Shown in pieces: positions 49,001-63,339 of a stretch of DNA of 64,000 bases. Each line of letters opens with the position of its first letter. Within the stretch, counting starts at the first letter, position 1. The notes beneath the pieces were generated by a model that was not told the origin of the DNA, ran no database searches, and saw only the letters and a program-made list of their open reading frames with translations. The DNA is from Podarcis filfolensis (taxonomy: Eukaryota), in the NCBI GenBank assembly GCA_964270895.1, contig OZ185440.1; one strand, written 5' to 3'. Position numbers and translations under genes: made by a program.

Positions 49001-51221
49001 ATCCATTTCCCACTGCTAAGCTGTCCTTCCATGAGGAAGGGACTAATGGCTAACATGGGTGAATATGACTAGTGTAATATGTAGTTTAGCCTGGAGTATA
49101 TGCAGTTATATTCCCTCATAAAAGCTAAAGCACAGACACCTGGAACTAGGAGATATAGCCAGGGATGGAGCCAGAGCACCTATCTTTTTATAGTATGAAA
49201 CATTGCCGAGGAGGATCAGTATCATAGGAGTTCTGTGTCAGAGAGACCTCCCTTCCTTCTGTCCCCAGAGATCATTTAGTATGCTATTGGGAACACTTTA
49301 GAAATATAGTTTGGTAGTTTGCTAAATCAGCATATGGCCCTATGTTAAACTCAGATGCTTCACCACCTCCACATGCAATCTGTGATGGCAAAAAAGCAAG
49401 ACTAGATGAGAAAAATGTTCAACAGAAATTGGTCTTGAGGCATGCAATCCCATTAACTTTTCTATCAATTAGCAGAAACTTGGATTTTACGGGTTTCTCA
49501 CAACACATCAGGTCTGCAAAAAAAGCTGTTTTCAGACACTGTTCAAGGAAAGGTAAGCTTTAGAATTCCTACCGATGGGCTCTTTAGAACAGGTTTCCCA
49601 GTGATCATAGCCACTTAATTCATGCTCCAAATGTTACATTTCATAGGGAAACGTGCTTTGGCACTACATGCCTTCACCCCTCACCTGGGAGGTGTGAAGA
49701 GAGGTTTCTTCCTTTACCTGTGGACTAGAATCCATGAATGGCTAAAATGGCACAACATCAGGATTAGCCTTCCTTTAATTGCTGGACTTTAAATTCTTTG
49801 CACAGACTCCTAACATGGCCGAGCTACACAGAGCTATGCATGAGTCACAGGTTGGAGATATCTGCATTACTATTTGCTTCTGATATTTGTCTGTTATGCC
49901 TTGTTAGTATGATGGCTGGGCAAGTGCACAGTCATGGCCTATCAATACACATGCTCCATCAGTAGCTGCTAACAGAACAATTAATAGTTTCCACATTCAG
50001 TTTGTGTCCCCCAATGTAAAATATTTATGATGCCTCCCTCTGAATATTGTTTCATATATTTTTGTCCAATCGTCCTGGCACTAAGATCCCATTAGCTAAA
50101 GAGCAAGTTAAACAGGACTGTTGGAATTCTTATGATTGATGTGCTAATGAAAGGAGGAAAGGTCATTCCAATCATAAGTGGAGCAGTTCTTCCCCACCCT
50201 GATTCATCCCAGGCATTCTCTGGCTCCACACAGAGAGGGTGGCTGCTGCCTCCTCTATTGCTTGCCCCACACAGCCACTAAATCCTTGACAGATGGCACA
50301 AATGAAAATGTCTCACTTTTCCCCTTTAATGCTTTTTGCATAAAAGCAAGCCCCAAAATCGTTAGTGAAAACAAGCTTATCTCAGAGCTCTTTGATAGCT
50401 TTAATCTGCTTATGTGCAGCACTTTGAGCTGCCAATAAAGGTGCATTGGTCTCCTACTCCACCAGCACATGGGCTCAGAAGAGAATGAAAGTGATCCAGC
50501 TTGGGTCACCTCTTTATCTGGCCTTCTGACTTACTTCACTGTTTGCCTCAAGCCTTCAAAGCCTTGGAGCAAATCCCACGCAGCAGTCTTCTTCCTCCTT
50601 CCACTCCATAAAAGTCAAGCATCCACATGCACCACACACCTCACTCAGCACACATCCCCTTAAGAAGCTATTAATCATTCAATCTACTTGCAAAGATCAG
50701 ATCCCGCCACCCCCTCAAGTTAATTCTTCCAGGCTTGCAAATGCCTGCAGTGTAGCAGTAATGCAATGTGTGCATCGCTCCTCTTGTACAGAGATGATTG
50801 TCTGGAAGGGGCAGGGAATAGGCGAGCAATGGTGTCTCTGACTGGGGTATGAGGTACATGCACAGCAGGAAGGTGCATGCACGAGGTGCAGATATCAAAC
50901 ATCCACTACAACTGAATTGCATGGGGAAGAGGATGTGCCAGTAAACTCACAGAGATACAGGGAATAAATCTCATCAGCTTCTCCCACCTATTCCCTTTGC
51001 CCAGCATATCTGTGAGTCCACCTGTTGAAAGGGGAAAGCATGGACTGAAGGACAATGGGACAAGACTTACCCTGGGCAAATGGCCCCTGCATCAGAGCCA
51101 CAGCTGGCCTGTCCTCTCCACATTTCTCTTGCTACTGGTTCCAACCTCTCCATTAACTCTCATACAAAAGTGCAATAAGATTTTGTCCCTCACTCACTCT
51201 CAACCAAACAGAGACACTTAC

Positions 51222-51366
51222 TGGACTGTGCTGTTCGAGCTTCCAAAACTGGGGTATAGACCCCTAGGCCCAGCTCAGAGCGGGCTGCCAGCTGGAACTT
51301 GTAGAGTGTGTCCGGCTTGAGCCCTTCAAGTGCATATGATGAAGTCTGGTCAAAGTCCACCTTATG
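51222..51366 (-). CDS. PTPRF: FN3 second half (145 nt) HKVDFDQTSSYALEGLKPDTLYKFQLAARSELGLGVYTPVLEARTAQS
   Basis: ttttctag|CATAAG ... TCCA|gtaagt; not in the ORF track, translated by hand; phase 0-1. Confidence 0.96.
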
Positions 51367-52057
51367 CTAGAAAAGGCAAGAGGCAAGTTTTTCTTTTACT
51401 CAGATTGGGGGGGAGGGAGGGAATAACATAGCTACTGACACCTGAGTATTGGACTCTTGGCTGTGGATGCCTACCAGTACTGCATACTAGGAATCATGCA
51501 ATAGAGCAATCTATGCTCATCCTATGTAACCCTGAAAGCCATTATTTAAAGGAGATGATTTCACTTCCCCACAGATGTTGTGCATTCTCATTACAGCCAT
51601 GAGAAAAAAATCACTTTCATTTCCCAAACACTGCAAACTTTTGGCTAATGAAGTATGTGTTGACATAAGTGCAAGTAAGTTAGCATATATAGAAGACAAG
51701 CTGTGATAGGTCTTCACTTCAGAGCTACCACCTAATGGTTCAAGGCCAGATAACTTCTGGGACCTAATCCAACTATTATGTGGCAATATGATTGCCAACA
51801 AAACTTACTGCTGCTCTTGCAGGAGCAGGAGCTCTTGCAGCTATCATAGGGAGGTGAAACTCTGGTATAGGTTCATAATCCAATGGGATTTGGATTGCAG
51901 TATTCTCACAGATGCACAAATATCTAGTCATGCAAATACCATTTCCCACAACAATCATACTGGGCCTAACTCTAACAGATATAAAAATAAGTGCCCCATA
52001 CCCATAGGCTACTTTGGTATAGGTCTTTAACCACCAATGGGTCATGTTGTCCCTCAC

Positions 52058-52191
52058 CTGGATCCCATCTGTCTCTTCCCAATACACCAACTCATACTTG
52101 GTGACACGTTCTTGAGGTGCTGGCTGCCAGGTCAGCATGATCCGTGTGTCAGACTCTGCCTCAGCTTGGAAATCAGCTGGCTGAGATGGAA
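52058..52191 (-). CDS. PTPRF: FN3 first half (134 nt) VPSQPADFQAE...ETDGIQ
   Basis: gtttccag|TTCCA ... CAG|gtgagg; phase 1-0. Confidence 0.96.
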
Positions 52192-52583
52192 CTGGAAACC
52201 AATAAAACAAGAGTCAGTTGTGGGAGGGGACTCCAGAGCAGCTTTAGAAAATTTCAAGGTGCAAGCCCTATCATCAACGCACTTCAACAATAGCATTGTC
52301 ATAAACACAATCTTAACACATTCTCCTAAGCTCCAGGTTCAAACAAAGACAACTATGTTCTTTCTCAAACTAGTGATTAACCAAAGTATCCACAACTATG
52401 CTTAAGTTAACTGTTAACTATGCTGGCAACAGAGTGCTGCTGGAACACCTGTTTGAAAAGGACAAATTGCCTAACAAATCCCTAAAGTCTCTGGATCACA
52501 CCTCAACCTTAGCTCAAAATATTAGCTCTTGGAAACAATAGGACACAGAGAGAAGGAATAGAGCTCACACAAAATATACATAC

Positions 52584-53165
52584 CACCCTGTTGGGCCTTT
52601 ATCTGGATAGCATCAGAAGGGGGTCCATCTCCTACTGAGGTGAAAGCCAAGACACGAATACTATAGGTGGCCCCATTTATCAAACTTCCTACAGTGGTGA
52701 GATGATGATCATCAGTGTTGTGTTTCTGCCACTTGCTGAGTGGTAGGTGGGGGTCAATGGTGTAGTACACTCGATAGCCACGGATCATCCCATTGGGCTC
52801 TTCAGGTTGTTCCCATTGGACCAGCATGGTGCTGGAACTCAGCATCCGTGCCTTCACTTTGAGGGGTGGGCTTGATGGAGCTTGCTCTCCTGTCCGTGCA
52901 TCCACCAACTCACTAGGGGGACTCCTGCCAATGTTGTTTACAGCAATAATGCGGAACTCATATTCTGAGAAGGGGCTTAGGCCACCAATGCTATAGCGGG
53001 TGGTTGCCACACCATCTACTTCTCGGAAAGTGCCCTCTAATGACTTGGACTTATATTGGATGACATAGTAGGAGATAGGGTCAGCATTTCCTGAGTCCCA
53101 GGTGAGAGTCACACTGGTAGCTGTCGTCTCCGTTACTAATGGCTCCATTGGAGGTTTTGGAAGAG
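52584..53165 (-). CDS. PTPRF: FN1-FN2 exon (582 nt) ALPKPP...IKAQQG
   Basis: gctttcag|CTCTT ... GGTG|gtatgt; open frame within ORF 52522..53184. Confidence 0.97.
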
Positions 53166-53745
53166 CTGAAAGCAAAAAGCACAATGTCAGTAATTTGATT
53201 AGTGCAAATGCTGTAATGTGCAGAGCTATAAAGGAGGCTTAGATGCTTGCTAACATTTTCCTTTAAAGGCAGAAATCATTTCATAGTCAAGAACGTACAT
53301 TTTTATATTACACATTACCATATATTGCTTGAAGTGCTTCTTAATGGAAGAGTAAACACAGCAATCATGTTATTAGATGTGCTCAAAGCACTTGCTGGCA
53401 GCTGGCTAAATAAAGGTAATTTAAACAAGGAACCAAGTCAGGTTTTCTAAAGCAGAAAGGGTTATTCAGCTGAGGTACACTTTAGGAAGCCAGGTTCATG
53501 GCCTTTTCGGAAAGTATACAAGGGCAAAAGTAGTTCCATGTCTACTGTTGCTGCAAGAGCAAGAATATGTGGACTGCAGGGACATGGGGCAAGCATATAT
53601 TTGTGGTGGGATGTTAAGGAACCCAATCCTGTTATGAAAGTTCCGAGCATTAACAAGAAAGCAGAACTACTCTAGCACAACTGATCACATCAGCCATTTA
53701 TCCAAAAAAGATAAATTTGTGGTCAGTACTGTGTTCTATTACCTT

Positions 53746-54104
53746 AAAGGTAAAGGTAAAGGGACCCCTGACCATTAGGTCCAGTCGCGGACGACTCTGG
53801 GGTTGCGGCGCTCATCTCGCTTTACTGGCCGAGGGAGCCGGCGTACAGCTTCCGGGTCATGTGGCCAGCATGACTAAGCCACTTCTGGCAAACCAGAGCA
53901 GCGCACGGAAACGCCGCTTACCTTCCCACCAGAGCGGTACCTATTTATCTACTTGCACTTTGATGTGCTTTCGAACTGCTAGGTTGGCAGGAGCAGGGAC
54001 TGAGCAACGGGAGCTCACCCCGTTGCAGGGATTCGAACCGCCGACCTTCTGATCGGCAAGTCCTAGGCTCTGTGGTTTAACCCACAGCGCCACCTGCGTC
54101 CCAC
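53746..54104 (-). mobile_element. Full-length Sauria SINE
   Basis: Reverse complement of the 41823 copy with scattered differences; (AAAGGT)n tail on the plus strand; 12-bp TSD TTCTA(T/C)TACCTT at 53734-53745 and 54105-54116. Confidence 0.95.
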
Positions 54105-54828
54105 TTCTACTACCTTGGGATCCTTCAATGTACTGGCTAGGCACAAGGAAAACATTTATGATCATGATGAAAAGATTGAGAGACTCCCTGACTCCCATAA
54201 TGATCACCCTCTGGAGCTGTATTAATGTAAATACTGAAATCACATTAGGTTATAGGATGTTTAGTAGGGTAACAGAACTGAAAGACAGGTGCTCCCACAA
54301 AGCTTTTTCAAGTGACCTGACAGAGATCTGCTGTCCTGGATGCCATTTCACATCATCCAGATACATGCACAAACCAAACAAACATTAGCTCTTGGGCAGG
54401 GCTTTTGAATTACAGTGGAGAGACCTTATTATTTCTCCCTGAGACTTGCTCTATAATTCTGATGTTTGGCCATTCCATTTATGAACTGTAAGTAAACCTC
54501 TATTTTACAAGAAAACAAATGAAAATCCCTGGGAGATAAATGTTGGGCAACAAAGACGGGGGGGGGGGGAGGCACACGTGATGTGTCTTAAAAGTCTACA
54601 CATGTACAGCAGACTCCCTGCTGCAGATGTTTGCCGTAAACATGCGAGAAGCTGGAAAGACCTGTGCAACAATGGAGACAGGGCTAATGGTTAGGCTCCA
54701 CAGCATCTTTGTACTCAGGTTCCCCATTCACACCAATAATGACTGAGTAGGGCTTATGTCACAAGTGCACCCCATTCTGCTACCTGGTACCATGCAGAGG
54801 TATAGGATACCATGGAGCAGCTTCTTAC

Positions 54829-55098
54829 CTTTGACAGTGATCTGAGCTGTTGCATGGATTACCCCCAGTGAGGACATGGCTTCGCAGGTGTAGTTGGCCG
54901 ACTGCGTGATGTTGGTCAACTCTAAAACATTCCTGCCCATTGGCATGTCATCTTCTTTCGTCAGCTCCACGTCTCCGACAATCCACTTCACGTAGGGCAT
55001 TGGGGACCCCACTGCTACACATGTGAGATTCACGCTCCCTCCAGGCATCACCTCATGGTTACTTGGAGGGATTGAAAATCGAGGTGACACTCGCCGCA
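54829..55098 (-). CDS. PTPRF: Ig3 exon (270 nt) [12 protein letters not shown]...ATAQITVK
   Basis: gtttcag|TGCGG ... AAAG|gtaaga; both Ig cysteines present; phase 1-1. Confidence 0.97.
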
Positions 55099-58000
55099 CT
55101 GAAACAAGGAATAGACAACTAGTAGGGTCATAGCCTAGACAATTGATATTCACTCCATACCCAAGGGGTGGGGGAAGGATCAACATTTCTCCTAAGTAGT
55201 AGCAAATCAATCCAGAAAAGAAGAAAAGAAAAAAAGAATTCTGAACAAGAGCTGTTCACTTCTCTGCCAAATTTCATACCCAAGGTTATCCCTTTGAGCC
55301 ACTGGTGTTTTCGGCAGGAGCTCAACTATAGGACTGCCACCATAATTGTTCTCTCAACTAAGTTACATTACGGACACTAAAATGTCTCCTTGTTTCAAAT
55401 GTATCCACTAATTAGAAAATATGTTCACTCCCTGTCCATAGGGTGTGCAGAACCTCTCAAGGTGGAATAAGTTACTACTGGTTGGTTTCACAGCAAAGCA
55501 ACCTGCAGGACAAACCTATCTTGCAGGGGCAGCTACAGGGTTTTATTTTTAAATTACTGCATGCGTTACTGCTAACTAAAACAGTGTTCCTGTGCAAGAT
55601 TCAGCAGTGAGCCTGGGGCACCGCACAGCTGGATCAGAACACCTTGCTGGGTAGGAGCTTCATCCTAATAGACAGGAGATCAGATCCAAGCTGACAGCAG
55701 AGGGCCTGGGTGACAGGATCCTCTCTTCCATTGGGAATGTGTTCCAGGAGAAAGAACACTCCTTATTTCATCACACAGCATCTATTCATATAAAAGTCTC
55801 ACTTGGGTTATTTTGTAGACAAACCATTAGATCGGCTAAAGTGCCCCAGCTGTTTGCTGTACACACATCAGTCAGGGAAATGACACTGAGAAATGAGGAC
55901 CCTTCTTTAAGGCCAGTGTTATGGGCCAATTTAAGGAGGAATAGAGGAACACAACTGAACATAGTAAATCTTTGTCTCCTCTGGGCAAACTCATTTCAAA
56001 TACATACAATAAAATAAAAAATTAAAAGTGTGGGAGGGAGGGTGCAATGTGTCTCTTCTGGGAAGCCTGCTTTTCTGTAATGCAGATGTCACTACACATT
56101 TAATATCACAGCCTCTCCAGTCCACAGAGTCAGGGCTGGCAGAGTAGTGAAGAGCTGCAATGCAGAGGGATAGGGTTAGCTGGAAAGCAGTGGGGTGGAC
56201 TATTTGTTAGCAAGATGGGAGAGACCTGCTCAGGGGCTAAAGCCCACTGGGACTGCCTCATGCTGGGCCTCCTCCTGCGTCATCTCCAGCACCACAAAAT
56301 CTCGTTAGAATAGGGGCAGCTGCTGACAGACAGGCTGACAAGACTCGGCTCAGCCTGACACTTCCCCTAATCAAATTTCGCTTGAGCTCTCTTTGATGAT
56401 TCATTCCCAAACCAGCAGACTCACAGAAATAGACTGAACACAGAAGCCCCCACATTAGAATGTACAACAGAGTGAGGGTTTGGGGATAAATTAGACAATG
56501 CTGTCAACAGTGACAAAGCAGAGCTCATCAGCTCCTCACCAGCTTTTTTAAAGGGGCCCTCCCATAATGATAATGTGCATGTTATCAAATGTCTATATAA
56601 TCTAGTGGGTTGTTCCTTTTAATCAATTGTTCAATCTCAGATCAATAATTGTGTGCCTGGTCACCAGTGGAAGGCTTGCTCCCTGCCTGACAGGGGAGTG
56701 CACCCCCAAACAAGACAGAAATTAAAGCAAATCAGCGCTCTAACAGAGTTATGAGAATACCCTGGTATTGAATGGACATGGCAATGGATCAACATGATGG
56801 GGTGGTTGTCCAACGCAGCCTGGTTCTGATCGGCAAGAGGCAGGACTCGTTCTCCCCCCCACAATGAACATGGTATTGAGCCAGTACATGAAGAGGTTTG
56901 TTCATTTGTTGTGTTTTATTCCAGGGACCAACCAACTTCCCACCCGCTCACCAACCAAACTGGTCTCAAAGAAAAGCAAGCTTGAGTAGTAACACAACAG
57001 GCTCGTGCACGGCAATAATTAATTGACTTGACATGCGCCAGACAGGAAAGAGGCCAGGTATGGGAAAGAAGCTGCTACATAAAATCTTGACAAAAAACAA
57101 GGGTGGGAAGGTTGAAATGCACAGATAGGCAAGCACGAGGAACAGGAATGAGACTGGAAGGAATTCATGCAGAAGGGCTGAAAGAATTCAGTAGCATGCA
57201 GAAACCACCTCTGCCATCCACTCCAGTGAGAACCAAGCAAGATAGCTCCTACAACTACCTCAGATTACCTAAGCCACCTTCAGATGCATGCATGAGCAGT
57301 GGTTAGAATTAGAGTGAATCTCCACCAGAACAGCATTCCCTGACATATCTCTCAGACATCAGTCCCCAGCTGTCTCCTTTGTGGCCGTAAAAAGACCTGT
57401 CAAGACCATGCTTGGGAAGAAAGAACACGGCTTGTGAATCTGCCGATAAGCGCTTTAGTTCATTCAGCAAAGAGCTATCGAGAAAACCTCTCGCCCTTTT
57501 TGAAAGCTGCTGTTTACTATTCTAGCGGCAGGGGAAGAGAAAAGGTTACTCGACAATGTATCAGAGAGGGGTCTCTTCTAGCCTAGCCACAGGATGAATG
57601 GCAATGAAAATCTCTTCCCCCCCTCCAATCCCCACACAAAACCAAGCCGATTTAAAGAAAGGCTGTAGGCAAGCCCCTTCCCCAGGGGTAGGTTACTCAA
57701 AAAGAGGATCGGAAATCAGAGCACTTCTGATTCCACAAGACGACTCAGCCAAATGTCACTCTTATGACTGAGCAGAGATATGCATCTCCCTAAGGCCAAC
57801 ACAGACACTAAGCTGATGAACCTTTTCTTTCCTATTGGTACGTTGATGCAGCAACAGTTCAAGATTGGTTACAGGGTATAAAGGTGCAGAAGTGAGGCTG
57901 CTGCCTTAGTTCTTCACTCAGTTTCCACTGTTTCATTTCCAAAAAAATGCTTGCCTTCTTCCTGCCCTAGGTTGCCCTATTAATGACCTAGCCTCAACAG

Positions 58001-59614
58001 ATTGTCCTCCAGCCACAATACGTTGCCTAAGTACTGCACCGTGCAAGCAGAATAGATTGTTTCTGTTGGTCAGAAGGGGTGGTGGCAGGAACAGCTTCCA
58101 CACTAAGGCTGTGGAGACCCCGACAGTATCCAGTGTTTGTTGACCTTATGCTGTGCCTGCCTCTGTAGCATCACTTTGGTGGTTTCTCTCTTCCAGTCTG
58201 GTTGCAAATACTCTTCAGATGTGCTGCAAATCAAACTGTAGTTCTCATTATGTAGAGGGGAAGAACAGAGGCAAGGTGATCAATGGAGGCTCAGTTGTGT
58301 GCCCTACTAGCGAGTGGGAGGCAACCTCCCTTCTATCTAGTCTTTCCTTGGCTATTAAACTACACACTGAGATCTTAAAATGTCAATAAAACAGGAACAG
58401 ATGGGCTTAGAGATGCTACTGTCAATCCAGGCTGGATTATAATCTAGAAAGAATGCCTGGGAAGGTTAGAAAGGAGGTGGATTCCAACCTAGCACCAGTA
58501 TAGCATTCCTGGGTAATTGGCAGCTTCTTTGTGGGCAGAGTCCAGTGGGATGTGAAGCACAGCTGTCAATCAGCATTAGAACACTCTGGCAGAGCAGAAC
58601 TAGTGAAGGTTGCTTACACAGCATCCCCAAGCATGCATACGGTTCTAGCTTCCACTGGGCTCCAATCTTTATCCTGCCTCTGGCATGACAATCAATAATT
58701 AAGGCAGCTCCATTCCCACCAATTGCAGGAATCTGCAGAAATCCTCTTCCAATTTACAAAGCAAATCACAAGGACCAAACGAGAGTAGATGCCTCCCAAA
58801 TATTTCCAGTATCATTCACACTATCATGACTTCTTTTCTCAGTAGAATTTGTCAGAGTTTTTTTGTTTTGTTTTCTGTAAACTCCTTTTAGATAAAGCAG
58901 AAGTGAGCAACTTGGTGATTTTGGAAGAAACCACATGGGGAAAACTATTGTAAAGGTCTATGGGTAATGGTGTTCAAGGTTTATTTCAGCAGACTATCGA
59001 ACATGAAATTCACTGTTATTCATCCCAGAGCACGGCATCCTATATGACTCACAAAAGAGGAACCCCCCCCCCCAGGCTTCCCTACGGAATGGAGCATGCA
59101 GGGCAATCATTTGGCAGTCAAGGTGGAAAGTAAGTGACATACCCTGAGCCATCTCATAGCAGTGGAGGTGATAAGAACACACCAGTAGAGACCAGCTCCA
59201 CATTCTGGAAGGTGGGGAGGGGAGACGCAGGCAATACCACAAAGGGAGGTGGAGAAGTGTTAATAATTTAGCATGCATTAGCGTGCACCTTCCTTGCATC
59301 CAGAATAAATGTGCATGGATCAATCAACCTGCTTAGCTCAGATTGGAGCAGCTGCTTCTCGGATTTCATAAAAACACTGAGGTCATCTCACTAAAAGTCC
59401 TCCTCCCATCACTTTTCTACTTCCATCATGGGAAACTCCAGGCACTAAGCAATTGCTAAAAGCTGGGCAGTTTTAACAACTATTAACTGATTACTGCAGC
59501 AGAGCTAAGAGAATTAAGGCCACTGGAAAATAATAACAGAAGGAGTGCTAGAGTCACACTAAAAGTGAAAGGCACCAGCCAGCCAAAATTAATTTACAGT
59601 AAAAGATGAATTCC

Positions 59615-59633
59615 TGTTGTTGTTGTTGTTGTT
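59615..59633. repeat. (TGT)n microsatellite
   Basis: Read directly from the sequence. Confidence 0.85.
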
Positions 59634-62600
59634 AGCACTTTTGGACAGTAGGATCAATGGTGTGTTATTTTTAAAAATTCCTTAATAAGCAATTTGGTTT
59701 TGTCACTCGCAAAGCTTCAACTCTTTTCATAGTCTGACTTTAAAATCTCATACACAAACCCCACTTCATCTTCTGCAAGTATTGCATCTGACCATGACGT
59801 GCTTAGGGATTTTAATCTTTGTCAAAAGTTGTTTCCAGATTCTGGAGTATTAATTAAAGTTCAACATTGTGCGTCTTGATTTAGCTTTCAGCACTCTCAG
59901 TTGTGACAAAATGCCAGAACCATCCAGAAACAAAGCCAAGGTAGTAACCATCATTGCAATATAATTTTGACTTTCGCAAAACATTTTATTCAAGATATCT
60001 TAATTTTGAGTGGGAGACTATGCAAATTGATCCCCTCCTTCAGGTAGCGAAACTGCTTTAATAAGCTGTTCATGCCAAAGACAACTGCCTCCTCTCTCAA
60101 TTCTTCCATAATATAAATCTCATTTTCCTGACAGCTGCACAAGTTTGCTACCTGGGTCAGCTTACATGTATGGTTTTGTTTCTGGCTTTGTGGGAACGCT
60201 GGGGTAAAAGCAATGCTGTTGGGAAACTAAACAATCCTTCCTCCTGTATTGTCCAGTGTCCATGGCTCTATCTTACTCTGCTTATCACAACTGCTTCTGG
60301 AAGGTGGGCAAACTGGAAAAATTATCAGATCTGAATAGCTCCTCCACCCCTTCTCATACTTGTCATTACTGTTTTAAACAATATATCCTGATGGAAAGGT
60401 AGTTTCTAGGGCCTCACAATCTACTGACAGAATCACCAGCAGGAGGGAGAAGACTGGAAGGCAAAAAAAGATGCATTTAGAGTCTAAACTCCTGTTCAAA
60501 CAATGCCTCACTATTTATGTTCCTAATACATCCCTGAGTGCTGACATTTTATAGACAATTTCCAAAACAGGGCCTAGCCATTTTTGGATTATATTTCAGC
60601 TATAACTTTTAGAGCTAATTATTTGCGCTGAAAACCCCATATAAAAGAGGATCTATCATTACAGCAGAGCAATGCCAAAGACCTATCACGGTTCGGCCTA
60701 GTGACACGCTAATAGCAAAGCAAGGGAGAGGCAGACTCTGCAGCTCTGGAATTTGCATTCATTCACTTCTGAAAATAACACAGCATTAAGGGGGGGGAGA
60801 GAAAAGAGCTGCTATATCAAGATAAAACAACTCCTTAATAAATAACCTGGTAGCAATCGCAGAGCAATAATTAAATGCATGGGTGAACAGTACACAGTTG
60901 TAAGTAAAGCTGGGGGGGGGGGGGGACAAAAACTAAGATGCAATTATCAGTGCCAAACAAATTATAAGGCTTGGAACATCCCACTGGAATATTTAGCATC
61001 TAGCATATCTCTCCCCATTAAATGTTTGAGCTTTGGGACATTTCTGGTGGGCTGGGACCAAGCAACATCCTGGTCAAGGGCTGTTCCACATATGCCTTTT
61101 TCTCACAAGGGTGTTGGGAAACATGTACTTCTGGGAATATAGTGTGAAAATAGTGCCTGTTTTCCACAGGCTAGTGGTTGTAGCTTTGAAACAAGAAAGA
61201 AAGAAAGACAACTGAAAAGCAGTTTGCTAGATGAAGTATTCTGATAAATTTTTAAATAGCATAGTTTTATGGAAACTTAACTGGATGGAATGGAAACCTA
61301 AAGGAATTAGAAATTTTATTTATTGATGCAGAATATGATATATTTTAATGAAACTGGAACAAAAAGTTGGATTTAAAATGAATTTTGAGCATATAAGTTG
61401 AGATATCATGCTGAATTATAGAGACGTGTGTACATAACACTTGTGAATAACATTAATGATGTTTATGTATGGTTTGTAAAGTGTAACTAATAATAAAAAT
61501 AAAACACACCCATTTGTGCACTGGAGAAAATGGAAGTCACACTTATTATTTTAATATGTGAAGGTGTAAGCATAATGCATGAAACAGCCCTAAGCATATA
61601 TCTGTCAATCAAGGCTACTTTTGCTATTGATATATGCTGGTGGTTCCACTGGAAGAAGGGATTTAATTTGTTCAGGTTACTTGACCTTGCACATGAAAGT
61701 GCCAGGCAAACAGAATCTGTGCAGCTTCAGAACGTTTCACTATCTCTCAGCTTCAATTCCTGCCAGGATCACATGCAATGTTGCCTTAAACAAGCTTTGG
61801 TTTATGTCTGAAAACAAGAAAACTTTCTCCCCTTCTTAAGGGGAGCATATTCAGAGAACTAAAATGAAAACAAAAGCAACAGCTCTGGGACAACTGCAAT
61901 GACAGCTCATTAAACAAGTTCTAATTCTAATGAAGTTCACTTAGTATGGCTGTGTAGCAGTTTGAGGAGTCTTGGTTTAAGGGAATGTCCAAATAGCAGT
62001 GTCTCAGGCTTCATGTACTTTAGTGCTATTGTACTAAACAAGATGCACAAACAACAGAAGAGTAACTTGGAAAAGTAGGTGCTTTTAAAGTACAGACTTC
62101 AACCAGAAGTCCTGGCATGCAGAACAGGGTAGTCACTGTCCTGTGACCATTACAGGTACACAGGAAAAAGTGTGGGAACATAAGGGATGCAATGGCGGAG
62201 CATTTGGACTGAGGGATGAACATTATCCCCTTCAGAACTAAGGCATAGACATTTCCTAACTCTCAATATCTACCACTCTCTATTAATTGGTCATTTTAGG
62301 GCCTATAAAGTTATGGATTCTGTTTCTTTCATCAAAGGAATAATACCTTGGGTCAGAGAAAGTTGCTGATATATCTATAGGAATTGCTTCAGGTTATGGC
62401 ACTGCTAAGTCTAGGCAACATCCTCTTAATTTCAATACTCAGCACCATTTTGAAAATACCTGATTTAGAACAGAAATTGAACTTCAATGGAAATATTGGA
62501 GTAGCTTAAGCCACCTGCTAATTTTGATGTCTACCAATCACCTTTTGTCTAATATCTTGGAGCAACACAGCACTGTCAATAAGAGAAAGGCAGGTAAGAT

Positions 62601-63035
62601 AACGGCACACCTTCCTTTCTCTAGTACAGTTGTTGCCCTTGCTGAGTGAGTCCTTGTCCAGGGAAGAATGAAGTCCCTGGGTTTCAGGTATACAGGTAAC
62701 AATCCTATAAACAAAAATGATCCAGCATGAGAAAACTCTGCTTTTTCAATTACGTCAGTGGTGCTTTGCGTGTATCATAAACACAGCATCTCAAACGCAA
62801 GTGTGATGTGGAATGAATTCAATGTGTTAAAAAGGCAGCTATGGTGCCTCTATCAGTTGCTCCTTCCTCTTCCTACTCTATACCAAGCAGCTTACACTGT
62901 GAGCAAGGGGTGTCCACCCTGACCGAAACTTCAAATCAGTACTTTGCGTTCCTCAAAAAAAAGGAAAGGTCACACAGGAGTCTAACAAAGTAACAGATTA
63001 AGGCAAAACCCACTCTGCTGCCTACTCTCTATGTA

Positions 63036-63136
63036 CATGCACCCCATTCCCATCTCAAAACACGGAAATCTTTGGGATGGACTGCATGCAGATAAGGGTC
63101 TGTGCATTTTAAACATCAAGCGACAAAAGGCATGCA
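63036..63136 (-). promoter_or_regulatory. Cluster of three UGCAUG (RBFOX) motifs downstream of meB
   Basis: Plus-strand CATGCA at 63036, 63085 and 63131, i.e. about 190-290 nt downstream of the meB donor in the pre-mRNA. Confidence 0.55.
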
Positions 63137-63327
63137 AGCAGTGTGGTCAATGCTGTCAGCAAGGACATAGCAATTAGGAAGCAGATTCAGGCCTGCTATG
63201 GCAGTGCCTGGCAGAGAGCCAGGGGCCATCAGACCCTCCCCTTGCAGGGCTGGCTCTCCATCCCCTACTGGAAAAGTCTCATCAGAGGTGGCATACTGTA
63301 GATGGATAAGAAGTGAAAAGGACCAAC

Positions 63328-63339
63328 CTTCTCGCGGAT
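63328..63339 (-). CDS. PTPRF: Micro-exon meB (12 nt, Ig2-Ig3 linker), encodes D-P-R-E
   Basis: tctctcag|ATCCGCGAGAAG|gttggt; phase 1-1; ~100-nt AG-free pyrimidine tract upstream; equivalent of ELRE/DQRE meB in LAR-family PTPs. Confidence 0.88.
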
